This document shows, in pieces, positions 1 through 10,639 of a stretch of DNA of 64,000 nucleotides (the stretch's first letter is position 1; each line of letters starts with the position of its first letter). The notes beneath the pieces were generated by a model. It was not told the origin of the DNA. It saw nothing but the letters and a program-made list of their open reading frames with translations, and made no database searches. A program made the position numbers and the translations under genes. This DNA comes from Octopus bimaculoides. Its lineage: Eukaryota. The stretch is from contig NC_068989.1 in NCBI RefSeq assembly GCF_001194135.2, positions 23,214,473 to 23,278,472 of the forward strand, read 5' to 3'.

Positions 1-48
<48 letters not shown>

Positions 49-49
49 G

Positions 50-1578
50 CACTACTATCCAAAAGTTTAAGATCACCTACAAAAGTTTGTTTCGAAGTGG
101 AATTTTTAGTTCAATGTTATCGATTTAGATAAATTTTTAGTATAAAAAGATGGAATAACACATTACATAAAGTTGGGGTTTATTCGATATGGAATAACAC
201 TATTTCTACATATTTTATAAGCAAATAGTCATATTTCTTGATGGCAAGCTTATTTGGGAATGTTGTCAAAATCATTTTAGCGTCCACTTTCTGGCAACAT
301 TACAATACATTTTGATTAATTTACACTCCTTATGTGCTGTCGGTTGAGATAACATCACTTAATGACTGCGTTAAATGTGCTATTGTTTCTTTCAGGCTCA
401 ATTATTAAAAATAAGTAAAATTAGTGAAATTCCTAAAAATCAACCTAAATGTGGACAAAACCAATAATTTACCACCTGAAAAGAGACAAAGCATTATCTC
501 ATTATGTGGTGAAGTTTTTGAGAAATAGCCAAAAAAGTTAAAGTGTCCTTCACTGCCATCCACTCCACCATTGAAAGATATAATGAAACGTCCAAAAGTG
601 ACTTCTAAATCACAGGATAAGTTCATCAGAGTCACCAGTCTTCAAAGCAGGTGCCTGACAGCAAATGAAATCACTGCACAAGTAAGTGAAGCCAGTGAAG
701 CTAACATGTCTCCTACAACTGTGGGGAGAAGACTCATTGCTGCCAGTCTAAATGGCCATTGTACTGCCAGAAAACCACTGCTTCAACCAATGAATAAGCG
801 TAAGCAACTCATATGGGGCAGAACACATCAAACCTGGACCGTTGATCAATGGGAACGAGTCCTCTGGACTGATGAATCAAAGTTTGAAATCTTCAGATCC
901 CGGCATAGAATTTATGTGAAGTAAAGAATTGGTGAACAGATGACTCCTGAGTGTATAGTTCCAACTGTAAAGCACGGTAGGGGAAGTGTGATGACCTGGG
1001 GGTGTTTTGCAGGCAATAGTGTAGGGAATATTCATCGGGTAACAGGAATATTGAACCAAAACAGGTATCACTCTATCCACCAGCATCATGCCTTTCTATC
1101 TGGGATGAGATTGATTGGTGATAATTTTGTGCTAATGCAAGACAATGATCCTAAGCATACTTCTAAGCTATGCAAAAACAATTTACAGAAGAAAATGGAT
1201 GAAAAAAGTTGACTGTAATTGAATGGCCAACCCAATCTCACAATTGCAATCCCATTGAAATTGTGTGGGATGAATTGGATTACAGAGTCAAAAAGTGCAG
1301 AAACCCTTTGGACAAGAAGAGTGGCAAAATGTTACCAGCAAATGTTTGCTTTCATTGGTCAAAAGAATGACAAGAGTATGCTTGGCAGTGATGTAGGCCA
1401 AGGGCAGATATTTCAATGAGTCTAAGATTTAGAGATTTTCTCTGGTTTTTCAGTTCTGTTTAGTTACTGAATTTAACTATACATTAATAAAATATTTCAG
1501 CAGAATCTCTGTTATTTCCATTTTGTAGATGTTTTTTCAAAATAAGTTTAGGTGATCTTAAACTTTTGGATAGTAGTC
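50..1578 (+). mobile_element. Tc1-family DNA transposon, full length but decayed
   Basis: Perfect 29-bp TIRs: actactatccaaaagtttaagatcaccta (51-79) and its reverse complement (1549-1577), with TA after the right end. Internal broken transposase carries WTDESKFE, QDNDPKH and NPIEIVWDEL (DD34E-type motifs). Confidence 0.93.
450..1419 (+). pseudogene. Tc1 transposase pseudogene (stops and frameshifts)
   Basis: ORF pieces 571-924, 940-1212 and ~1220-1400 give RPKVTS..D, ARKPLL, PTVKHGRGSVMTWGCF and the catalytic motifs. In-frame TAA at 922-924. Confidence 0.9.
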
Positions 1579-1651
1579 TATATATATGCACATACACATA
1601 TTTATGTAGATATATAATACACATGTACATATGTGTGTGTATACATATATA

Positions 1652-1840
1652 CAAGGGGGTTCTGAAAAGTTCCTGGCTTTAAGGGTGTCACAAAAGGCCT
1701 GGTTGGAGGCCCAACATTCTGAGTTCTTTTACAGGACTTAGAAAAACTGAAGGACCACTATAGTAAGTGTATGAATCTGAGAGGGAATTCTTCCTGTATT
1801 TTCTTTTACCCAAAGCCAGAAACTTTTCAGCAAACCCTTG
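1652..1840 (+). mobile_element. Mariner-derived MITE, copy 1
   Basis: TIRs caagggggttctgaaaagttcctggcttt / aaagccagaaacttttcagcaaacccttg, with TA on both sides. The interior translates LEKLKDHYSKCMNLRG, resembling a mariner transposase C-terminus. Confidence 0.8.
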
Positions 1841-1858
1841 TATATATGTAAGTATACA

Positions 1859-1909
<51 letters not shown>

Positions 1910-2884
1910 GGGAGTGTGGGGGGAATGTGTAGAAGTGGAGATGAGAAGTGTGTGTGTGTGTTTGTCCCTTGTCTTGATATCATACACATGATATCATTCA
2001 TTTCCAACCTTCCATTAATAAAAAAAAATGTCTGGCCATTGGGAGTTACCTTGTTTAGAAAACAAGTGAGGGTTGGTGACAGGAAGGGTATCCAACCATA
2101 GAAAATCTGCCTCAATAAATTCTGACCAACCCATGCAAGCATGGAAAAGTGTATGTTAAAATGGTGGGGAGGGAGGAGGAGGAGGAGGAGACCACCTGTC
2201 TCCAAAATTTGTCGGATTTTGCCAATGCTAGAAGTCAATATGATTAATTATTTCTAAATATCGTTGGCAGTTTTACGAGTTACTAAAAAAGGAATTATGG
2301 GTGCTACAGGTAAATATATCTAATTAATAATTCAGATAATTTAATTAAGCAATTTCGTGAAATAAAAGCATTTCACCTGGTGGTGGGGGTGGTAGTGGTG
2401 GTCATCATCGTGGTGGTGTCGTTGTTGTTTATGTTGTGTTTTTGCTATTGATGCTATCAATGTTCCTGTTTAACCCTAGGTCAGAATTCATCAACAAATC
2501 TATGATCAAAAACATTCCCATTGCAACCATCTTGTCTTTTGTTTTTTTGATTGTTTTACTTCTGTCATTGTCTCTCTAGGATTACATTATCAAACATGGA
2601 GTTGCATTTTTTTCATATATAAGTTATGAGTTTAGTAAAATTTGGTCGCTATTTTTAGCAGACCATATATCTATGTAGAGGTTTCTTCACTCAGTCATCA
2701 TTCCATCAGATGAAGAGTGTTTTTAAGTAAACTCCATATATATATACCCAACTTTTTTTATATATATATTATTGTGTTTCAGATTCTTATTCTGTTTATC
2801 TTTTTTACCAAAAGTTTGACTATCAAATAAGGAAGAGATGGAAAATTTATATTTATGTACCTTGAGTGGTCTGTTGTAATGGTT

Positions 2885-3360
2885 CAATCACCATCATTTA
2901 ACATCCATTGTCCATGCTGGCATGGGTTGAACAATTTGACCTGAGTTGGAATACTGGAGAGCTGCACCAGGTTCCAGTCTGATTTGGCATGGTTTCTACG
3001 GCTGGATGCCCTTCCTAAGGCCAACCACTTTACAGAGTGTACTGTGTGCTTTTATATATGTGGCACTGCACGAATACTTTTATATGGCACCAGCATGAGT
3101 GTATTTTATGTGCCTCCAGCACAGGACTCTTATAGGACAATCCTCTTCACCAGAGTGAGTGGCCTTAACATTTCTGCTTTGGAGTATGGGTCTTCTTGAA
3201 TACAGTTAGGTGCCAGGCATCTCAGTCCTTTGTCATCTCGTCTGAAAGTTTGAGCACCCTGAGGTTGTCATTCAGTACTTTGTCCCATGTCTTCCTGGGT
3301 CTTCCACTTCTACGTGTTCCATCTACTTTGAGAGACTGGCACTTCTTTATGGAGCTGTTA
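2885..3360 (-). mobile_element. RTE-type LINE 3' end / RTE-tail SINE
   Basis: (CAT)n tail followed by ccatgctggcatgggttg...ggatgcccttcct, a block repeated many times in the window. 3230-3360 resembles the RTE C-terminal GRPRKTW region. Confidence 0.6.
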
Positions 3361-3929
3361 GCAAGATGAATGCAAATGTGGCTCAATATATTTGACAATA
3401 ACTAATAGATAAATGAAGAGACACAAATGCACATACACACACACACACACATGTGCACGCACACACATACACACACACACACACTCTCCCACACACACAT
3501 TCACACAAACACACTTTGACACCAAGAAATTATCCTGTAAAACTTAATTTTTCTCAATACCCATCTGCGTTTCATATTAAATGTATGTACACCATTGAAA
3601 GGTATGGTGGTGTGGTTTTTATCCAAGAAAAAGATCTCTTCAAAGACTTATGATGAAAATGTAATACATATATATGTAATTAACGCAATGGCCATATTTG
3701 ATAATGTAGTCCTAGATAGACAATGTCTGAAACAAAACAAAACAAAAGAACAAAAGACAATATGCTGTATATCATACAGCATATTACATTAAAATCGTCA
3801 TCTGTGTATCATACAAAATGTATACATATTTTTAAAAGGCATAATGCTATGGAATTGTTTTTTCGTATGTGTATTTCGTGTGCAAGATTCTTGATGTGGA
3901 TACATTTGTTGAAAGAAATACAATTAAAC

Positions 3930-4187
3930 CTTGGGAGAGGCATTATGCCGGTAATAAACACACGCACTGGTTCAGTCCTTTAATAATTTATAAACAGAAT
4001 ATAGTTTGTTTGTTTTTTTTTGTTTTATATATGATTTGGCATTGTTTTAAAACTGGAGAGACAAGTTACTGAAGAGATTGCAAGAGTGCAATGAAATGAT
4101 TTAACAAAAAAACTATATACTGTTTATAAATTAATAAAAGACTGAACCAGTGCGTGTGTTTATTACCGGCATAATGCCTCTCCCAAG
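3930..4187. repeat. Fold-back repeat with a hammerhead-like core in the loop
   Basis: The outer 48 bp are a perfect inverted repeat (3930-3977 vs 4140-4187), continuing imperfectly inward. CTGAAGA at 4069-4075 and GAAA at 4093-4096. Confidence 0.85.
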
Positions 4188-4759
4188 CTATGGAATTGTC
4201 TCAGACAAAATCCTTTCATAGAATTGTTGTGTTAAATTCACAATTTATACCAAAGCAAAGGGAAACTCATCACAACAGTGACTCTTGAGAGTGTTAGACC
4301 CCTTCTTGGGTCTTGTCAGCAATGTGTACCCATTTGTCATATGCTTGAATGAAATTTATGCCTCGATATAAGAAACAGTGAATAATACATTTGCTGATAT
4401 TGCAAAATGCTTGCCAGGTTGTGAAAAATTCAGTGTAAGCAATTCAAACATTATTATATTAAAATTGCTATCTGTGTAACATACTAAAGGTATACACACA
4501 GCAGGAAGGCATGCTGCTGTGGAATTATCTGAGAGAAAAACTCTTTTTAGACATGTTTTGCTAAAAATACATACATTTAGTATAATACACTGATGGTTAT
4601 TTTAAGTTAATACTTTCTGTTTCAGTTGGACTCACCAAATATCAATATGTAGAGACTTATAAACATCACACTTATGACATATAAACGTGACAGTTACCAT
4701 ATAAGTGATTTAACACATTTTGGTCAAGTTCACCTGCATGTATATTGGGGTCATGGAGA

Positions 4760-4892
4760 GGTAGTGATCAACATCATCATCATCAGTAGCAGCAACATCA
4801 TAACCATCATCATCATCACCGTCACTGTCATCATCACTATCATCATCATCACCACCACCATGATAACCACTACCACCATCATCATCATTACT
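4760..4892. repeat. Degenerate (CAT/CAC)n microsatellite
   Basis: Runs of catcat/caccac; source of the spurious I/T-rich ORF 4674-5021. Confidence 0.9.
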
Positions 4893-5047
4893 TATATTTC
4901 TAATGCATTTTTTTTTTGTAAAGGTATAATTGTCACAGCATTAATTTCTTTCTCTATACATCTGAGACACTTGCATATGTCCCAGCTCAAATATATTTGC
5001 TACTGTTTCAAATTTGTATGATTAAAACATTAATTCCTCTATTTCAG

Positions 5048-5128
5048 ATCAATATATCTGGTGGAGCAATGAATCCTTGTCGAGCGTTTGGTCCTGCTGT
5101 CATCACTGGAAACTGGACTGCTCACTGG
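5048..5128 (+). CDS. AQP: Aquaporin penultimate exon (loop E, second NPA box = NPC)
   Basis: tttcag|...|gtaagt, 81 nt, phase 0/0, encoding [27 protein letters not shown]. Size and boundaries match the 81-nt loop-E exon of classical aquaporins. The upstream exons were not found and probably lie left of the window. Confidence 0.95.
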
Positions 5129-5719
5129 GTAAGTAAACAGACATAAGAGAAGAGCTTCATGCAACAGTCCCAATAGTTTAAACCCACAAGGACAGTTTAA
5201 CAAGAGTAATTTCATTTGACTATATTCCCGGAAGCAGGTAGTTACACAGCTTTGTGCTTATGGCAGACATATTGGCAGAAACATCATTATTTTTAGCCAT
5301 AAATGCAAAAACATGGTCAAAGAAAAATGATGCCTACAAAAGCATACTTGTGAATTGAAAGGATCAGCAAAACAGTTAGTATGGTGGTTCTCTGTTGTAG
5401 GGAATTAGTAATAATGGTACACCCCTCCCACATGGCGAATGGAATAATCTAGTCAATATAAATAAGAAGTATGTGAAGTACCAAAGTATGTAGTAGACAG
5501 TCAGAGATAGTTGTGTCTTTACTGGTTTCATTAAGTATAGTGTATACCGAAGTGGGCATCATAACAAGCCAACATTGTATGGATGCAACAGTGGTGACGA
5601 GGATTTAAACAACTCATAAGGAATCAATAAACTTGACAAGGATTTAGACAATTCATGAGGAGTTAACAAACTCATAAAAGTTTTTTGTTGTGTACATTTT
5701 ATGAAAAAAATTGTAAAAT

Positions 5720-6810
5720 TATGGGAAATTTGTTGACCGATTTGCTCAAGTTGCAAAAACAGCAACAACAGCAACTGAAAGAACAACAGCAGCAGCTACT
5801 ACTGCAAGAACAACAGCTGAAGCAACAACAACAACAACTGAAAGAACAACAACAACAACAGCAGATACAACTGCGAGAGCAACAACAGAAGCAACAACAA
5901 CAACAAATAATAAAACAGCAACAAATGCTGCAATTACTGAAGTCGTCAGGAAAGTTAGAAAAAGTATTCTCGACTGACTATGCCACAAACTCCTTAACAG
6001 AGTTCAAATACGAACCTGATAAAGGAGTTACCTTCGAAGCATGTTGTTGTTGTTGTTGTTGGCACTCCGTCGCTTACAACGTCAAGGGTTCCAGTTGATC
6101 CGATCAACAGAACAGCCTGCTCATGAAATTAATGTGCAAGTGGCTGAGCACTCCACAGACACGTGTACCCTTAATGTAGTTCTCGGGGATATTCAGCGTG
6201 ACACAGTATGACAAGGCTGACCCTTTGAATTACAGGCACAACAGGAAGTAAGAGTGAGAGTAAGTTGTGGTGGAAGAGTACAGCAGGGTTCGCCACCATC
6301 CCCTGCCAGAGCCTCGTGGAGCTTTAGGTGTTTTCGCTCAATAAACACTCAAAACGCCTGGTCTGGGAATCGAAACCATGATCCTATGACCGCGAGTCCG
6401 CTGCCCTAACCAATGGACCATTGCGCCTCCACACCTTCGAAGCATACTACAGAAGATATGAGCAAATCTTTGAGAAAGAATGTAAATATTGGAACGATGA
6501 GATGAAAACTGGTGACAACAGAACACAAATGATACAGTAATTATGTACTCCCAAGAAAACCTTTGGACATAAACTTTAGTTTCGGGGTATTTGCCCCTTA
6601 TCAATGTGGAGTAGCCAAACCCAGCTCATTGTTCAACACATGTTGGAATTGTTTGAACGCAGAGAAAATCAACAACGAGGACTACATCACATATGCCGGT
6701 AGAGTAAACAAGGAATGCAAGAAGTTTAAGCTGGATGAATTAACGCCAGATATGTTCAAATGCCTGATTTTTACACAGGCAATTACTGCCAAAGAACGCA
6801 GAAGTTAGAA
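5720..6810 (+). pseudogene. gag relic with Q-rich N-terminus, split by a SINE
   Basis: NSLTEFKYEPDKGVTFEA continues as YYRRYEQIFEKEC once the SINE and one TSD copy are removed. Later YITYAGRVNKECKKFKLDELTPDMFKCLIF is typical Mag-type gag. Confidence 0.8.
6043..6432 (-). mobile_element. tRNA-derived SINE family A, nested in gag
   Basis: tRNA-like head gtggaggcgcaatgg...gtttcgattccc with (CAA)n tail. 13-bp TSD ACCTTCGAAGCAT at 6030-6042 and 6433-6445. Confidence 0.92.
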
Positions 6811-7189
6811 ATAGAATTCTCGCAAAGCTGGAACAAAACGAGGATGTAACCCTACAGCAAGTGTCAGAAGAATGTGAAAGGATAGCCAAATTAAGACACA
6901 ACACAGAGGAAATTGAACATAAAGATTATTTCCAAGTAAAGCAAGTGCAAAATAATCAGAATAGAGAAAGTGTTTTCTAAAAAAGACAACAAAAATCAGG
7001 AAATAAACCCATGTTGTGCATGTGGAGATATACACTGGAGAAAAAATTGTCCATTTAAAAAAGCAGAGTACTTTCGTTGTGGAAATAGAGGACAAATAAA
7101 TGAACGAAGATGACAAAACGTCAGGACACAGGAAAAAGAATAAATAGTATATCATCAGAAGAAATTGGTAATATAACAATGAGGAAATT

Positions 7190-8300
7190 CATGAAGGTGA
7201 AAATCAGAAATACAAGTGTTAAAATGAAATTAGACACAGGAAGTGATATCATCATTATAAACGAAATATGTCGGTAAGCTGAAATTAATTAAATCTAAAA
7301 ATGTAGCACATGGTGTTACAGGAAAAAGATTATATTTTTTTGGTGAATTCATATGTAATGTAACATTTTGAGGTCAAACAAAAAAGGCAAAGATATACAT
7401 ATTAAAAGATTCACTTAATATATTTGGCACAGAATGGATGGAACTATTCAAATTGTGGGATATGCCCATAAGTGTGGAAATATAGTTGGTTCAGTTAAAG
7501 GTTTGAATGTGGCTGAGGGACTAAGACAAAAAAATGCAGTAAAACAAAGTGGAAAACTTGTATGTAAGCCAAAACGAAATTTAAAAATTGCCACAATAAA
7601 AAATAAACATTGTTCAAAAGTAGGTATTCCATGGTCGAGAATACACATCGATGTTGCTGGTCCTTTAAATGGTTATTACTACTTAGTGATAGTTGATAGT
7701 TTCTCAAAATGGCCAGAAATTTGTAAGTGCAAAAAAACAACCTCCACAATGGTGATAAACTTTTTACACACATTGTTTACTACATTTGGCATCCCAGACA
7801 AGATAGTGCCTGACAATGGAATGCAACTTATGTCTATGATTTTTTTAAATTTTGTGAAACATTTGCAGTAGAACATGTAACTACTGCATCATACCATCCC
7901 AGATCTGTTGGACAGGCAGAACGCTTTGTCGATACCTTCAAAAGAGCCCTTAGAAAATCAAATTAGGAAGTCATGGATGAGGTAGCTCTACAACAATTTT
8001 TAAGAGTGTACCATGTGACACCAAATCCGAATACACAAGCAGGTAGCTTACCTGCGGAGCTGATGTTTGCAAGGAAAGTCAAATCAGTCTTTGATAAATT
8101 GTTACCTGGCAAGAAAAGAAAAAGTACCAGGGAAGATATAGTAAGATGCTTTAAAGCTGGTGAAAAGGTGTATATGAGGGCATTCAAGAATGGAAAGTAG
8201 AGTGAGAAGATGGCGTAATTACCAAATGCATAGGTAAAATGATGTAGTGGGTAAAAAGTAGAAAAGCCATACAAAAGAGACATGAACCAACTGAAAAAGA
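7190..8300 (+). pseudogene. pol relic: aspartic protease joined to the integrase core (RT/RNase H absent)
   Basis: MKLDTGSDII (protease) at ~7220-7255. Integrase PWSRIHIDVAGP, IVPDNG and GQAERFVDTFKRAL at 7630-7950. Confidence 0.88.
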
Positions 8301-8899
8301 GATTCGTGGAAAGCGAACCAAAGTTGGAGGAATTGATGCAATGGTTGTACGATACGTTCCTAGTACCAACGCCACTGCAGGTGATTGAACCCAGGTGTAC
8401 AAGTGAGAGGAAAAGAAAACATACAGAGTTCCTGAAAATAGATGCCAAGCACGAGAAATATTAAACTGAATGATAAAAAATAAATGAACTCAAAAAAGCA
8501 AGGTGGCGAGGATAAAAAAAAGAATTATTGCTAAATAAAATGACACTTCCTAAGAAAAACTTAAAAGGGGAGATGTTGTAGGGAATTAGTAATAATGGTA
8601 CACCCCTCACACGTGATGAATGGAATAACCTAGTCACTATAAGTAGAGAGAAGTGTGTGAAGTACCAGAGGACATAGATGGTCAGAGATAGTCGTGTCTT
8701 TACTGGTTTCACTAAATATACTTTATACCAAAGTGGACATAATAACAGGCTAACATTGTAAGGATTATAACATTCTCAAACTGACAAATACCTTCCCCTC
8801 CTTCTGCTCTTCCATCTGACCTTCCCTCTGGCATTGCCTCTTCCCCTCCTGCCCAAATTATTATTAGTGCTCCAGTATATGCAAATGAAGCAGTACAAA

Positions 8900-9812
8900 A
8901 TTAAAACAGCTATCTATATGCCATACTTAATGTATATGCACCATTGCATGCTTAGAAGCACAATATATACTAAAAGGAGATGTTAGGTTATCCCAGCAGC
9001 ACCCTGTAACAATGCCAGATGCATTTCAACCTTCTTGAGCCTTGTCAATGATGTATACTTGCAGTCAGCCACTTGCCTAGACAAGATTTGTCACGTCTGA
9101 TATAGGAAACAATGGATAATGCATTCATTGGTATTGTGAATAGCTACCAAGATAAATAAGTAATTCGGTGTGTGCAACTGAAGTACTAGTAAATTGAAAT
9201 AGCCATCTATGCATCATATTTAATGTATATACAAGCATGGCTGTGAGGTAAGAAGCTTGCTTCCCAACCACATGGTTCTGGGTTCAGTTCCACTGCATGG
9301 CACTTTGGGCAAGTGTCTTCTACTATAGCCTTGGATCTGATAGACGGAAATTGAAAGAAACCCATCGTATGTATGTATATGCATGAGTCAGTCTGTGTGT
9401 GTGTGTGTGTGTGTGTCTGTGTGTGTGACCCTACCACCACCACTTGACAACTGGTGCTGTTGTGTTTATGTCCCCATAACTTAGTGGTTTGGCAAAAGAG
9501 ACTAATGGGCTAAGTATCTAGCTTTTACTGGAGTTGATTCATTCAGCTAAAAATTCTTTAAGGTGGTCTCCTAGCATGGCCACAGTTTAATGATTGAAAA
9601 AAGTAAAAGATAAAAATACACTATTTACAAGCAAGTTACTGTGGCTGACTGTAAGTATACATCATTGACAAGGCTCAAAAAGGTTGAAATGCATCTGGCA
9701 TCGTTACAGTGTGCTGCTGGGATGACCTATCATCTCCCTTTAATATATATTGTGTTTCTAAGCATGCAATGGTGTATATACATTAAGTATGGCATATAAA
9801 TAGCTGTTTTAA
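8900..9812. repeat. Inverted repeat with ~170-bp arms; the spacer holds a SINE
   Basis: 8900-9072 is the reverse complement of 9641-9812 with scattered substitutions. Each arm has a decayed hammerhead-like core. Confidence 0.85.
9234..9617 (+). mobile_element. SINE family B
   Basis: Head gcatggctgtgaggtaagaagcttgcttccc...ggttcagttccactg, a central ttgggcaagtgtcttctactatagcc block, GT microsatellite and (A)nG-type tail. Matches many other copies in the window. Confidence 0.8.
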
Positions 9813-9815
9813 TGC

Positions 9816-10639
9816 AGAGGTCTTTTTAAAATGTTTTTTGACTTGACCGGTTTCACTTTTTTAAAAAAAGATTTTCAAAAGTAAAGTGTAAGGCTTTGTG
9901 TAGCCTTTATGATGTTAAAAGTTAGTTATCATAGATGTATTAAAATACTGTGATAGAGTCTTTGACAATGATAAGAAAATGTTAAGAGAGGCTTTGTGTT
10001 TAAACAGTTTGCATAAAAGTGTTCAAAATAGGCAAGTTAATAATTGTTCATAAGTTTATCAGAAATCTTTATTGTTTATAAGCATATACACAGAGAGAAT
10101 TTGTAGACAGTATTTGATAGGAAAAAGCGTGTATTGCTTTGTCAAAAGTTCATCAAAAATCATAATCTTTTTTAGAATTTTAGGAGAATGACCAACTTTT
10201 TTTCTTTATCTCCAATCCTTACAAAACACACATACAAGACTGGAGATGAAGAAAAAAGGTTGGTCATTCCCCTAAAATTCTTATAAAAAATTACGATTTC
10301 TTATGAACCTTTGACAAAGCAATGCATGCTTTCTCCTATCAAATACTGTCTACAAATTCACTCTGTATAAACAATTATAAACAATTATGATTTCTGATAA
10401 AGTTATAAACAATTATGAACTTGCCTATTTTGAACACTGTTATGCAGATTGCTTAAACAAAAAGCCTCTCTTAACATTTTCTTATCATTGTCAAAAACTC
10501 ACTGTATTTTAATACATCTATGTTAACTAATTTTTAACATCACAAAGGAAACACAAAGCCTTACATTTTACTTTTGAAAATCTTTTTTAAAAAAAAAAAT
10601 GAAACCGGTCAAGTCAATAAACATCTTTAAAAGACCTCT
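9816..10639. repeat. Large fold-back (~400-bp arms, ~15-nt loop)
   Basis: 9816-10220 is the imperfect reverse complement of 10236-10639, e.g. ttgacttgaccggtttca / tgaaaccggtcaagtcaa and tttgtagacagtatttgatagga / tcctatcaaatactgtctacaaa. Confidence 0.9.

Larger units (their letters stand above)
5393..8772 (+). mobile_element. Gypsy/Ty3 LTR retrotransposon (Mag-like), internally deleted and non-autonomous
   Basis: LTRs 5393-5590 and 8574-8772 (TG...CA, roughly 85% identical by eye). 5-bp TSD TTCTC at 5388-5392 and 8773-8777. PBS TGGTGACGAGGAT at 5592 (close to the complement of the tRNA-Ser 3' end). PPT aaaaggggaga at 8563-8573. Gag, protease and integrase relics are present. Confidence 0.95.

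Noticed and set aside
2200-5040. Upstream aquaporin exon (TM4-TM5) within the window
   Set aside because: No segment with suitable splice sites and aquaporin-like translation was found, so it is presumed to lie left of base 1.
5685-6098. Poly-Q ORF as a host transcription-factor exon
   Set aside because: It begins just after the PBS, inside LTR boundaries, and continues into gag motifs.
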